Positions 1-12,205 are shown, counted from the stretch's first letter. The stretch: DNA of 64,000 nucleotides from Macrostomum hystrix (GCA_950097015.1 CATNEN010000003.1:9114001-9178000), one strand, 5' to 3'. Notes: a model not told the origin generated them from the letters alone. Numbers and translations are program-made.

Positions 1-3000
1 TTTGCGAGCCACTTCGCCAGACTTGCGCAATAGGTCTAGTTCGGACTCGTCTTTGACGGCTAGGAGTAGGGACAGGCTGGGAGCAATGTCGCGCAACTCC
101 ATCCGGGATCCTTTCACCTGCAGATTAGAAAATGCCAATGACACTGCCTACTTCACGAATGCTCCTAAACCTGAATGTCCGATTTTCTCTATTTCTCTTT
201 CTACTGTCGAGATAGATAGAGAAACGGAATTGATAAACATTAATAAACAAACAAAAATTCTACCACCGGCTTTCAAATGTGACTTAGCAAACAACAGGGG
301 CCTAGCTAAGGTATATAAATTACAATATTAAACCACTACTAACCGCAGTCATGAGGCCGCTAGCAAAGTCGCCAACTGGTTTATCCTTGGCCAAAAATCC
401 CACAGCGTCACCGGCAGATTTCATCAGCTCGAGTAGGCTAGCAAAATTAGCTCGGTCCTTGTCAGTCTTGTCGCGCTCCATCAGTTCGACACGAACATTC
501 TCCTTTTCACCTTGGATGCTGCGCAAAAAGTCGCACTTCTTTTTTGAGCTGAGAAAGTGCAAATGATCCTTGGTGAATAGTAGAGCCGATTCTGGCAGTT
601 CATAGCCGAATAGCCAGATCTAAAATAATAAAAAATCATAAAGAGTTTGGGGGTTCATTCATTAAGCGGGCAATTAAAAAATATCAATCTGAGCAAGCAA
701 ATTATTAACTGAATAAGTTTGATACCTGCAAAGACAGAGTCTTGCTATAAGTGACTTCCTGATTGCCATTCAAAATTAGAATGGAAGATGTCGATTTTAA
801 TGTGGCATCCTTCTACAATTGATAGAAATTGATTGTGTAAGGAGACTGCAAGCAACTATGTTAATTAGTAAACTAATTACAATATCATACAAATAGCTAT
901 GAAGGCTAAAACCCATCAAGACAATTACAAAATACTAGGATTAGAGTTAGATTCTATATTTTGTAAGGTGTGACAAGAAATATGAAACAATTAGTAGAAC
1001 CTAGCTTGCTACAAAATTGTGCCCACTAGTTTTTTGTTCAGGCTACAGTAATTTAGAGTTGTAACAATGAGTCAAAAAAAATTATAGAGTATAGAACTTG
1101 AAACTTCTATTATCATCAACCATTAATTTTTTTATTTTTTTTCTTATAAATTTGTCTCTTTATCTCTGCTTATTTCAATTTATATGCCAACTGTAAAAAT
1201 CGCACATATTTTCTAGACTGGTCCATACAACCTACATACTAGCTCAGCATTATAAAATTTTGATTTTAGATAAATAAGCAAGCAAGATTTTCTTTTTTAG
1301 TATATTAGATATATATACATGAAGCACAAAAATGTACTTAAATAACAAAATAGTTTAGTCTTAAAAGTATAACTGAAACCTATATAGATTTTTGTGCATA
1401 GAAGCTTTTCTTGTATAATTAAATTGGTTAAAAATGACTATTAGTCCCTGAAAAATCTTACTGCTAGTACATAAAAACTGCTTTTTTATAGAATGCAGGC
1501 TAACCAGATAAAGCCCTATAGTCCGGATCATGTTGGTTACACACAATTTCTCTGGCGTAAAACTGCCTTATGCCAAAAGTTGGGGGTAGTTTGGTGTAAA
1601 TTTTTGGACTAAAAAAACACTGGAGTAACTGTGGCATAAATAGATTTTGACAAAAAATGGAGTAAGTGTTGGTGTAAGCTGTAAGAAGCATAGAAGCAAA
1701 GCAGCGTACATTTTGGTCATTTTACTATACATTTTCAAAACACATTAATTTGCGTAAATTTTTAAAAGTATAAAAAAGTTTTTGTTAAGCATAAAACAGA
1801 GGATAAAGTATACCCGTTATTTTTTAAAAGCTAAGAAAAATTTTTAATTAAATTCTGCCTGTAACTATTTTCTGTCTCACCAATAAATAATTTTGAATTG
1901 ATAAATTTCTTATTTATTGTAAATACAAATCATGCTACCATACCTGCAATCTGTGAATCTGACAATCTGTTAACATGTCTGCCGATCCAAGCAACTGCAA
2001 CCCTTACCCTAGTGACAGTGACACTGACAGTGACAATGAGAAAGAAAATAATGCTGACAGTGCTGACACAAATGATCAAGATGAAGATGTTGCAATGATG
2101 CCCTTTCATTGGCAACTTGTCCCACAGCTCCTAACTCGTTTTTAACTAGACTCGTTTTCTTTTTTACTTGTAATTACTTTTGCGTTACATTTCTTTTGCT
2201 CATTTTAGCCATGTGGGGCTTTTTTCTGTTGGCGTAATTTTTAGGGGACAAAAACGGGAATAACTGTGCTGGCGTAAGTCCCAAAAAGCTAGATTTTACC
2301 TCCAGCGTAAGCCCAGCATGATCTGGACTATGGATAAAGCGTAGATTAAATGTTTCCTAAAAAAGTTTTTATGACTATTCATTTCCTAGACCTGTTAAAA
2401 ATAAAATTAAAACTTTAAATTTGGTTTGTTATGGGATAAAAATGAAATGTAAAATGAAAATATTTCTGTCTCTAAAATTATAATGGGGCCTTACTGTCTA
2501 TTTTTTACAAATGACAACAACATTGTGTGTTTTGCTCTTGCTACCACAATGGGTTGACGGTCATTTTGTCTGCCAATATACGATATAGTCGTTTCGTCTG
2601 CCAATATATATAATATATAAATCTGAATAACTAATTATGTCATCAAGCTTCGCATGGAAGTGTAATGTAAATGTCTTATTAATTATAATTTATTATAATG
2701 ATAGGATTTTTCTGAAAGTTCCGGAGCTAATATGCTGCATATAAATACACAAAGCCAGAAGCAAATATCTCCAACCGTTTAGTTTCCTTCCAACTTTCTT
2801 TTTTTTCGTGTATGTAAACTCATATGCAATTTAATCACGAATACAAGTAGCTTAAATGCACAAAGTGTAAACTGTAACCTTGGAGGAATCGAAATTGTAG
2901 GCACAGAAAATGTAAACTCATATGCAATTTATTCACGAACATTTCAGCTTCAGCGGCAGCCTCAGCTTCAGCGGCAGCCTCAGCTTCAGCGGCAGCTTCA

Positions 3001-3604
3001 GTGGCAGCCTCAGCTTCAGGTTAGTTATAGTTAGTTAGGTTTCATAGAAAATGAAGAAAAACAAAATGTATTAATATAAATAAGAAAACATACTTAAAAC
3101 TTGCTGATACCAATTTATTTTAATTCCCTACATAAAAAATACTAAATAAGTGAACCAAAATAAACATAAATAAAAAAGTCGTTTCGTCTGCTAAAATTAT
3201 TCGGCAGACGAAAAGGCGGCAGACGAAATGACCGCAGACCCCACTCCCCACAATGGGTTTATATGGTCAACAAAAAATTGTCACTAAGATTGAAACATCT
3301 TATCATTAAAATGATAGTAAACCAGGCAAGTCACAATATACTATATAATATAGCAGAAATATTTTTTACTTATGGATATATCCAGTTGCATTTATTACAT
3401 TATATTAATGTCAAACCTAAAGTCATTGCAAATTATGCAATATGGTTGTAAAATTGTTTTATAATCAAATTAGACAATTATTATTATTAAGACATAAGTT
3501 AGTTCAGAACGCAAATAGCTTCCTAATGTACGTACCTTCCAGAAACTATAAAACTGATTTATTCTCTCATAAAAGAGCTTGCTATCAAGTTTATGATCGG
3601 CCAT
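1..3604 (-). CDS. SPT16: FACT complex subunit SPT16, 5' part (continues beyond window start)
   Basis: Exons 3604-3536 (MADHKLDSKLFYERINQFYSFWK), 812-726 (KDATLKSTSSILILNGNQEVTYSKTLSLQ), 619-344 (IWLFGYELPESALLFTKDHLHFLSSKKKCDFL...LAKDKPVGDFASGLMTA) and 117-<1 (VKGSRMELRDIAPSLSLLLAVKDESELDLLRKS). All introns are GT-AG, phase 0. Matches the SPT16 N-terminal domain (YxKS/TxxLQ, WLFGYEL, F.SKKK, AVKxxxELxLxxK). Confidence 0.93.
1518..2331. mobile_element. Non-autonomous TIR element (MITE) in SPT16 intron 1
   Basis: ATAGTCCGGATCATGTTGG at 1518 is an imperfect inverted repeat of CCAGCATGATCTGGACTAT ending at 2331. GATAAAGC lies just outside both ends (1507-1514, 2333-2340), a possible 7-8 bp TSD. 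Confidence 0.6.
2551..3241. mobile_element. MITE with ~24-bp GGG-terminal TIRs in SPT16 intron 1
   Basis: GGGTTGACGGTCATTTTGTCTGCC versus GGCAGACGAAATGACCGCAGACCC. Subterminal GTCGTTTCGTCTGC repeats and an internal (GCTTCAGCGGCAGCCTCA)n tract at ~2945-3018. TSD not clean. Confidence 0.6.
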
Positions 3605-4454
3605 TTTCGGTTATGATAGTTCTTAATCCTTATCTATGTTGTCTTTATAGCCAGAGACGACAGATTGAAATAACGGACATCGACGATCTAACGGAGATTT
3701 AACGACCACAGTAGTAAGTCCGTCTTTAATACTAATCCCGTCCAATACTTGGCGGTTGGCTCCTCCACGGCTGTAGCTGCCAAGCAAGCCTATCGTTAAA
3801 TTAATCGCGAAAGGAAAATTTTAAATTTGTGACGGCTACTAAAGCAATAAAACTAAAATCTAAGTTGTGAACACTTTATTTCGCCAGAAAAATAGCTAAA
3901 ACAAGAAGTATTGTATTTAAGAAAATATTATAAATCGAGGTGTGCACTATTACATTTATTTTTTGCATTGCTTATCAGACTTGACGAGTTACTTTCATAT
4001 TTTGCTCTGTCTGCTAGCTGGATCATATTCCTTCTTAAGCGAAAGTGGCAGTTGCGTACAGTATAAGGCTGTCATTTTTACATTCTTATGCCCACTACCT
4101 CTTAGTTTTTCTGAGATACTTTTGCCTTAAGTCCAACAAGTAGCTAGAATTTTCCACGTCTAGTGTGTATAACTACTCGTTCGTGATCGGCTTTAATGCG
4201 AGCTAGGTTATGTCCCAGAATATAATCTTGGAACGCTTCCCGTACAATAATCCGACGTCTGCCGTCGGCAGATTTACCGATTTGCTATGTCCGATCGCCA
4301 CCCCATCATCCCCGATCCCATTCTCCATTCTCGATTCACCCATTCTCAGAAATGTTGCTTTTTCACAAAAAAGACAAACGTACGTATTCCTGCTATTTTT
4401 AGTCAATTTAAGTAAACTTGACACTTCAAAACTACACTAAACACTGCTCTAGCT

Positions 4455-4545
4455 CCTTTTCTCTCTTCGACTCACTCTCCTATACTATCCTCTCTCCTCT
4501 CCTCTCCTCTCCTCTCCTTTTTACTCTCCTCTCTCCTCTCTTCTC
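4455..4545. repeat. CT-rich simple repeat (CTCTC/CCTCT)n
   Basis: Directly visible. Confidence 0.85.
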
Positions 4546-4585
4546 TAGCACTGCAGTTTTCTGCTCTGTAAGACCCAAGGGTTTA

Positions 4586-4892
4586 CCCGGCGGTTAAAAT
4601 CACGTCGAAATGACGTCGAAAATCGACGTCGAAATTTCATGTCGATTTGAACCACGATTTCGACGTCGAAATTTCGCTATCAGATGTCGAGTATGCGACG
4701 TCGCGTTTTCCAAGAAAATCACGTTGAAAAATTGTTTTAAAGATTTTCAAAATTATTGATTCTGCAAATAAGAAGATAAAAAATTCATGTCGATATTTCG
4801 ACGTCAAAGGATGGTTCAAACGACAACTCATTTGTCGCTAGTTTTTGAAAGGCGAAAATCGACGTCGTTTCGACATGATTTTAACCGCCGGG
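4586..4892. mobile_element. MITE with ~34-bp TIRs and TA target duplication
   Basis: TA|CCCGGCGGTTAAAATCACGTCGAAATGACGTCGA ... TCGACGTCGTTTCGACATGATTTTAACCGCCGGG|TA, with many internal GACGTCGA palindromes. Confidence 0.8.
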
Positions 4893-5059
4893 TAGTAGGG
4901 AATCTTCTGAGAAGATTCTGCTGGGAATGAGCCACCTTGGATTTGGGTTATAGCCATGCACATTGAATTTGGGGCATTGCGCCCAACCTATACAAAATCT
5001 AAAGAAACCCTTGATCATTCATTGCATCTGAAGCTGCACTCTGGATCCATATATTATAG

Positions 5060-5564
5060 TGTGACGATTAAACACAAAGGACGAAGTCGAAGTCTGAGCA
5101 GCGGCAATTGTAAGTTCGGCAATTCAAAGTCAGTAGTGTGGGTGACGTAGCGGTAGCACTTTTATTCTGTATGCACTGGGACGTCGACAAGCAGGGCGTA
5201 ATGTAAGGCGTAGGAGCTCGTAATGGTGAGTGTCAGAACCGAATGTAGTGGAGTGTAGTGAGTGAGAAAAGTCACGGCACGAAACGTAGAAGAGCGAGAA
5301 TGGCGATAACGAAAGTGAGGAAGAAAGAACCAGTGGAGCGCAGAACCAGTGGAGCGCGAGCGGGCCGGAAAGAAAGAACCAGAACCAGTGGAGCGCGAGC
5401 GGGCCGGAAGCCCTTGGTTAAGTAAACTAGGCTGATTGAAAAACAAAGCGATCGATACTTCCGGCCAGCCAGAGCTCGCACGCTCATTGGCCGGGGGGAA
5501 AATACATTAAGATACGCGTAGCAAATAGCTAGAATGGCGCGATATACGTTTATGGTTACTGACA
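5060..5564 (-). mobile_element. Possible solo LTR
   Basis: TGT...ACA termini, AATAAA on the - strand about 100 bp before the end (5160-5165), an internal direct repeat AGAACCAGTGGAGCGCGAGCGGGCCGGAA, and flanks ATAG/GTAG (imperfect 4-bp TSD). Confidence 0.4.
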
Positions 5565-5950
5565 GTAGCGCACTAATAATTTGACTTACTAATATAAATT
5601 AACAGAATTGGATAATATTATACGATGAGTTAAAACGGCCCTCGCAAGTACATAATTTGGAAATTAAGCATATAATCAACGCATAGAGTAATATTGTAGG
5701 GGCGCAGGGATGCCTTCAACAAGTGACAACGTCACAATAGCCTTGTGACATCATCAGCATCTAATCGGCATCTTGTTGCTGGATCTACTTTCATAACAGG
5801 ACAGAATGGTGGACGTAAACCGCATTTTCGGCGAATACCATGACAGCCTATTAAACATTTTCTTAAAGTGGTCCTTGATAGGGACTTTGGTGTACAATAT
5901 AAAAAATTGCTTCATTCGCTGTGAAAATCTCGCTATAGGCTGGACTGATT

Positions 5951-7720
5951 TTAGCCGCTGATGACCAGAAACCTAGCGCCGTCACTATTGTAGCTGCTGC
6001 TGAAGGCGGTCGGGATGATTGCCGACCCGAACAGCCAGCAGTCGCGACTGTCCGACTTGACCAGAGCAAACAGACAGTCAGGCAGTAGCGAGCACTGAAT
6101 CAGACACTCGGACTGCGATCGCTTCTGGCCGGACCATTCGCTCAGGAGGCTGCTAGATGAGGCTGAGAAGCTGGGCTGTATCTCAGTCATGTAGCTGGAA
6201 GATCTCTTCGAGACTGGAAAATGTGAGTCACCATTTCCTGACCTAATTCTTTCACTAGGAAAATAGGAAAATACCTACTAGCCAGAATGTCCATCTCCAG
6301 AAAATGAAGATAGATGGAATCGGTCGGCATTCCAATAGCATTCTTGTATAAGGACAGGTACCTTCCGAGAACCGGACGAGTACAGGTGATGTTGATCGGG
6401 TTGTCCGCAGCGGTGGGCACGTTGGTGTAGTCGTAGCAGAGCTCGAACAGGTCTTCGTTGAAGCTTGTCCACACAGACGAAGTTCTGGTAACTCCTGTAA
6501 TTACAAAAAGTGTTATCGTACGGTTCTACAGAGCTTAAACTTGATCGATATATCCTGCTATTAAGACGGTCCCTTGAGTGTCTTGGGGTACCTGCCCTGA
6601 CGGTTGTGTAGCCACCTTTTTGTGCATTGTCGAATCTGAAACGGATCGGGCCCCTGCTGGCGTGTGGAGACTGGGTGTCCCTAGGGTTATCGTAATCGCT
6701 TCAAACAGTCCATTCAGCCTTCTAAAGGCCTTATCTTTGTTAACTCCACGCCTTTAAGAAAGAAATGCTGACCATAAGGATCAACAGTTTTTGCGCCTGC
6801 TGGCGTGTGAATGGCTCCAAGTAAGGGGCCATAGTTACGGCTGCAGCCAAAATTCTAAGCCTCAGTAAGATGGTCTCACTGCAAGAGCTTCTGCATGGTA
6901 GTGAAGCTCTTCTAGAGCCCAATCCTAGAGTTGATCCGTGAACGCGTGAAACAATCTATATCCGGCCCGTTTAAGTACCAAGGGGGAGATTTCTCCATGT
7001 AATGATAAGCGAGCGCGTATAGTCAGCTGGTGTCACCCTTTGAATATCTAGATCAAGAATATCCGCTCATATCAGGGCCAGTAGACGCCGAAGGCAGTTA
7101 AGATGCTGACACGCGTGGCGAATAATCCGATCAAATTGGATCGAACGCTTAACAAAGCTTTAATGAGATGCAGAGCTGAGTACAGGAGTATTCTTAATTA
7201 TAGTTGCTTGTTGGAAAAAGTGAACCTTCTTTCTCTCTGAGTCATTTAACGCCTCGACCTATCGGCGAGGCGTCGACTCGAAACTTGTTTCGGAAGGAGC
7301 ATAACAAAAATTTGTCTGGGGTGGCAACTTTCCACAAATTCTGATGTTGAAGCTCTTATCTAGTGGCACCACTTGAAGACTGTTTGAGCACTCACCGAAC
7401 CTGATTTGCCTAAACCGCTCTGCGCACGGAGGGTCGAGCCGATTCCACACCCGAGTCCCGTGGATGATGTACGACTGCCCACCATCCACCAGGGTGTCCT
7501 ATCGCCACGACCACTGTGCAGGATGACTGCGCCAGGTGTTGGAGGTCCGACGATGATGCCATCGTTGCCTAGAATTGGATCTCCACCGATTCCAAGCCTG
7601 GAGGACATCTTGGCTGACTTGTTTTTGCCAACCGTGAACAGTGTGAAGCAGTGAAGACAAATTAAAAGCCTTGTCAAGAGCCAACCGGCATGTTCATATA
7701 GTCCTCTATCGGGTTTCCAT
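5951..7720 (-). pseudogene. F-type lectin (fucolectin) domain + C-terminal PAN/apple-like Cys module; frameshifted
   Basis: Exons ~7720-7396, 6494-6279 and 6213-5951 join in phase through GT-AG introns. Motifs: H..GDRTPWW[MVD]GGQSYIIHGTRVWNRLDPPCAERF and ITCTRPVLGRYLSL...LHFLEMDI (F-type lectin), then SECLIQCSLLPDCLFA...DCWLF (PAN-like). Frameshift at ~7485 and another near the start (~7708). Confidence 0.72.
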
Positions 7721-7809
7721 TTGTTCCGAGTAACTTTGCAATTGAAGAAACTTCAATTGAAGGCTAACAGTTTCGGTAAAATATTCCCTGTCTCACCTGC
7801 ATCCATGGG

Positions 7810-7849
7810 GCCCTGTCACAATTTGGATTCTCTCCATTTGTGACAGGGC
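7810..7849. repeat. 40-bp hairpin (inverted repeat)
   Basis: GCCCTGTCACAA-TTTGGATTCTCTCCAT-TTGTGACAGGGC. No clear TSD. Confidence 0.6.
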
Positions 7850-8384
7850 AGAGAGACAGCTTGCGAAGCTTTTTTAGATTCGCTTAATTAGGCTTGAATA
7901 AATAAGTATTTCACGATGCTGAGGTGCCGCATTAACTAGCTTACATCCCGCTTCATATAGCAGGAATGAAAGAAGCAAGTTTCTGTTGAAATTTTTGCGT
8001 TGCCTATAGAAACTCTATGAGTCCGTCCTTCCAAGGAAGGCATTGTTAAGGAGAAGCAAAGGATAAAAGCTTCTTGAATTATTGCCTGCAAGCGCATGAG
8101 GGCTACGAGCTACATTTCATGATTCATCTTCATGTTTGGCAAGTCACTGTGTAGACAAGATAGCAAACAGCTAGCTTTAGCTGTCCCATGCCAACTGCTT
8201 GACTATTTTCTGCTTTGAAATCCAATTAGAGTGTCCGCTTATTTCTCATGGCTGCGGAGAACAGCATTTGGCTTTGGATTGAGTGCTTGTGGACTATGCA
8301 GTTGGATCAGTTTGCTCACGGTGACTTAAGTATCGACTAGGTTAGTAGGAGAGGGAGGGATAGTGGAAGGAGAGTGACAAGAAG

Positions 8385-8640
8385 GTCGAGAGGGTGGCAA
8401 GAGGGTGGAGGGGGAGGAAAGAGGGTGGAGGGGAGGCAAGAGGGTGGAGGGGAGGCAGGAGGGTGGAGGGGAGGCAAGAGGGTTGAGGGGAGGCAAGAGG
8501 GTGGAGGGGAGGCAAGAGGGTGGAGGGGAGGCAAGAGGGTGGAGGGGAGGCAAGAGGGTGGAGGGGAGGCAAGAGGGTGGATGGGAGGCAAGAGGGTGGA
8601 GGGGAGGCAAGAGGGTGGAGGGAAAGAGAAAGGAGGGTGG
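8385..8640. repeat. 19-bp G-rich minisatellite (GAGGGTGGAGGGGAGGCAA)n
   Basis: About 12 tandem units; accounts for the spurious ORFs at 8326-8710. Confidence 0.95.
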
Positions 8641-9121
8641 AGAGATTGTTCAGGAGAAAAGGGAGAATATTGGGGAAGTTTCTAAAACTTTAAACCCTAA
8701 GTTGGTTTGAATCCGCGCTTCTTCCGAATTGAATCTGAAGAAGTGAAGGTCAGCAATGAGATTTACAAAGGCGAAAGCACAATGAGAACTGGCACGTAAG
8801 CAAACACAGAGAAAAAGAAGAAGTAATAAAAAGTAGTTACGCTTTTCATCCGTGATGTCTGTCTTCTTTTTAATATACCAGATAGCCTCCTTTGGCCATC
8901 GCTCTCATCATGATCTCATGTACTCATCCGAAGTGTGGCGCGGCGGGTGGATTTAAGTGCCAACGGAAATGATGACGTCTCGCTGTACGCTGCTGAGGCT
9001 TGTTCACATCAAACGCCTTGACCAGTTCTTGCTGTGCTGTGCTTCGCTGTGCCGTCGAAGTTTGTTTAAAAATCCGAAAACGGTCAACTTGTTGTCCTCG
9101 TCGAATGCGACCAATTAGCAT

Positions 9122-9161
9122 CACAGATACTAAATACTAAATAGGGCATTTAGTATCTGTG
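9122..9161. mobile_element. Minimal 40-bp TIR element with perfect 8-bp TSD
   Basis: ATTAGCAT|CACAGATACTAAAT-ACTAAATAGGGC-ATTTAGTATCTGTG|ATTAGCAT. Confidence 0.8.
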
Positions 9162-9459
9162 ATTAGCATGGACTAAATTCAACAGTTTCCTATTCAAATT
9201 GTGCGCCTAATTTGCGCCTAACAGGTGCAATCCAATACTGCTTTAAACTGCTCCAGTCCTGTTTCTGGTCGCTACCTGACCATCTAAAGGAATCTCTGTG
9301 TCATCGTTTTGCAGGCCTGTCTGCAACTTTGCGAGATCGACGCGTGTTCACTAGTGAAAACAGAGCAGCTTCAACTTTTGTTTATAGTTCTAACTGCAAC
9401 TTTTGCTAAACTCACATTCTAATCCCCGAACTTGTACACTATTGAATAATAGAGATGAT

Positions 9460-9601
9460 GTTTGCAGGACAGTTGTTGTCCTGGCGCATCAATTGGTGAC
9501 AGTCGATCCGCAGCCATCGATAGGAGGCCATTCTGCCCATTTTGCTGACCCATGAGTACAAACGCACACCGGATACCGTACGCAGGTACACACTCACACA
9601 G
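9460..9601 (-). mobile_element. tRNA-derived SINE family A, diverged 3' part
   Basis: Reverse complement resembles the 3' half of the full copy at 53122-53465. Confidence 0.7.
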
Positions 9602-9806
9602 TCTAAGCAAGTCAAATTTGTTATCACCAGATAGTTAAACTCTTACTGTGCCTTAGGGTCAGCTCTCAGGGCCGTAAAACTTGTACGACAAGCCGGATTA
9701 GTCAGATGCGTTACAACTCACTCCTGGCTACATTCCAAATGAACATTTTTTCTTTAATAAATATGTTTCCATTACTTCGTGGTCGAGTTCCTAAGCTATT
9801 GGTTAA

Positions 9807-9990
9807 TCAGAGTCAGAGTGCCTGATCCAGTGTTTGATGCTGCCTAACTGCTTGTTTGCTCTGCTCAAACCAGCAAGCAGCGACTGCTGGCTATTCGGCT
9901 CCATCAACATCACGGAAGTTCTCAGTGGCAGCGTTCAAGATGGTTCAGCCAAATTTATTGCCGCCTTCGGTCGAAATCTTCTAGGCTATA
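9807..9990 (+). pseudogene. Inverted paralogous fragment of the PAN-like last exon of the lectin gene
   Basis: SESECLIQCLMLPNCLFALLKPASSDCWLFGS...DGSAKFIAAFG versus SQSECLIQCSLLPDCLFALVKSDSRDCWLFGS...DGARFLVISG (5951-6130, -). No upstream lectin exons are recognisable. Confidence 0.75.
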
Positions 9991-10181
9991 CATCCTCGAG
10001 TTGCTCAGTCTTAGTAACTCGTTTTACTAAAAAGTGTTTAAACTATGTGAAATTTCAAAAAATATGAAAGTTGTGTGTTGGGTACGGAATAAACTTTTGA
10101 GAATAATAAAGCAAGCATTATTTGTAAAACAGGTATGAGTTTATTGACGTTCTAATTATCTGGTAATTAGCTAATTGTTAG

Positions 10182-12205
10182 CTAATCCACCTTAGGCAGA
10201 TCACTTCTGTCAGCAGGGCATTGCTGGTTGCCATTGCACGCACCGGCTTGACCAGGCACCTGACAGTTCCAATGCGGGCCCTGGTCTGAGAGCAGCCGAC
10301 AGTCGGCAGAGATCGGCAGGTAGCCGCCAATCCGAATTCGGCGCGGCTTGCCCATCCACCTGCCAAACAGCTTGTTGAGCACACTTCTCATCCAGAAGTA
10401 GTCCCGCTCAAGCATCTCCGCCAAGTGCAGCATGATCAGGTACCTGTTCTCGACATCGTGCTCAATCACGTGGTTCACAGCGGAGGACAGAACTCCGACC
10501 ACAAAGTTGATGAACAGCACGGGCACGAACAGCACGTAGGTCATGTGCGTGATCAGGAGGTCGATTCTATCCGAATTCGGCACGTACACACTCGTGTCCA
10601 CAATGTTCAACGACACCTGGAAGGTTGTGTAGAAGGTCTTCAGGTATTCGACGAGCATTTCGCCGTTTGTGGTGGAGTTGGTCGGGTTCCACAGGTGACT
10701 GCTGCCCTGGATCATGCGTGCAAAGATGCCGGTGAGAATCAGGTAGAACGCCATGAACGTCACGAAGTTAATGAGGCTGCGGTGGAAGGCGCTCATCATG
10801 GTGCCGACTCCAGGTAGAAGGCGCATGAACCAAGCGATGAAGCTTAAAAACGTCAGCAAGAGGATCTTTGCGCAGCAGCCTTGCGCAGGATAGACCAGCT
10901 CATTAAGCAGTCCGCAGGTGCGATCAAGATCGGCGTGAAGCCAGATGAGAAAGACGGCAGTTAACAAAATCTGGGCACATGGCAGGAGCCACGGCAGCAG
11001 GTCTGGGTAGCTCCTTCGTGGGCCATTCGGGAAACCAACCTTCCTCCTGCAAAAATGTAAGAAACAGTTCTGTAATTTGCATGCACCTGTTGCAGCATTC
11101 AGAGTTCAAGAACTGGAAGCTTAGTGCCGTGGACCTACCGGTAGATCTCTTTCCGCATCAAGCCAATAGAAGCGAATACAAGGCCAGACAGAGTCTCAAG
11201 TGCGCAGAAAGCTAATATGCTGATGTAGCCCGTTGAAGATGGCTGCTGCTTTGATTGTCTGAAGCACTGATTCTGAAAATGTTCTTTTGCATCGCAACCT
11301 GTGTACACAATGATAGACAAGGTCGAAGCGAAAATCATTGCGATAATGACCCGGATGAGCCTGCGGTTGCGGTTGTACAGCGCCTCGACCCAGCGCCTCC
11401 ACAGGAAGCCGTTGCGAAACACGCCAGCCGCCTTCAGCTCAGCCAGCGTGGACTGACTGTACACGTCGAGCAGAACGCAGATCGGGCTAGTGAAGAAGGC
11501 CAGGTTGTCGCCGAAGCAGTCGGTCACGTCCACACTCACGCGCTCTCGAATGCCCTCCGAGTCCGAGTGCAAGTCGCTGCTGGCCAAGTAGTGCAGCATG
11601 ATGTACTCAACGTGACCAGCCAGTCCCAGGTACACGCCCCAGCTCATGGGTGTCATGCCTTGGCTGCTGACCTGCAGCATCTCCGCCTGCTGCAGTCTGC
11701 TGAACAGGCAGCGGTGGAAGAGCTCCACGAGGTCGCGTCCTGTGCTGAGGTCCGTCCGCTGCTCCTCCCGCCTGTCGGACATGAAGCGAATGGCGCTCAG
11801 CAGCATGTGGTAGGCCGTGAAGCCTCGCTCCCTGAGCTGCGCAAAGTCCACGCCGTCCTCGCCTGCCTCGGCCTCGTGCATGAGTCGCAGGCACCGCTGC
11901 GCGTTGTAGAACATGGCCACGAAGAACGGGCTCGTGGGGAACGGCAGCTCATCGCCGCTCTCCTCCGGCTCGCTCCAGTCGGGGTGGTCGCGAGCTCGAG
12001 CCCCCTGAAAGTCCGAGCTTGTAAGGAAGCTGGCCCAATTGGAGCGTCCGAGAGAGTCGCGGAACTGGCGAAGCTCGTCCGCGTTGTCCTCGGACATGCA
12101 GCGGACAAAGGCCAGCCATCGAGTTCTGTCCACCAGGAAGTTCTTGTCCCCCTGAGTCTTATTCATAGTTCGCTGTAACGCTGCTTTGTCTGATGCGCTT
12201 CTCAT
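10182..12205 (-). CDS. Divergent TRPV-like cation channel (~643 aa, 2 exons)
   Basis: Exons 12205-11139 and 11046-10182 are joined by a 92-bp phase-2 GT-AG intron (TACCG|GTAGG...TTTTGCAG|GAGG) that fuses two track ORFs. Features: degenerate ankyrin-like N-terminus (SPFFVA, TAYHML, TPMSWG), several TM helices, pore helix FYTTFQVSLNIVD, S6 YVLFVPVLFINFVVGVLS, and a TRP-helix-like segment ending LAEMLER. Confidence 0.78.

Noticed and set aside
2-331. 109-aa + strand ORF
   Set aside because: Antisense to an SPT16 exon and intron.
11135-11137. Stop-codon readthrough or frameshift in the TRPV-like gene
   Set aside because: The TAG lies inside a normal 92-bp GT-AG intron that restores the frame.
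11255-12178. 307-aa + strand ORF (and similar + ORFs over paramyosin and SLC16)
   Set aside because: Antisense shadows of GC-rich coding exons.
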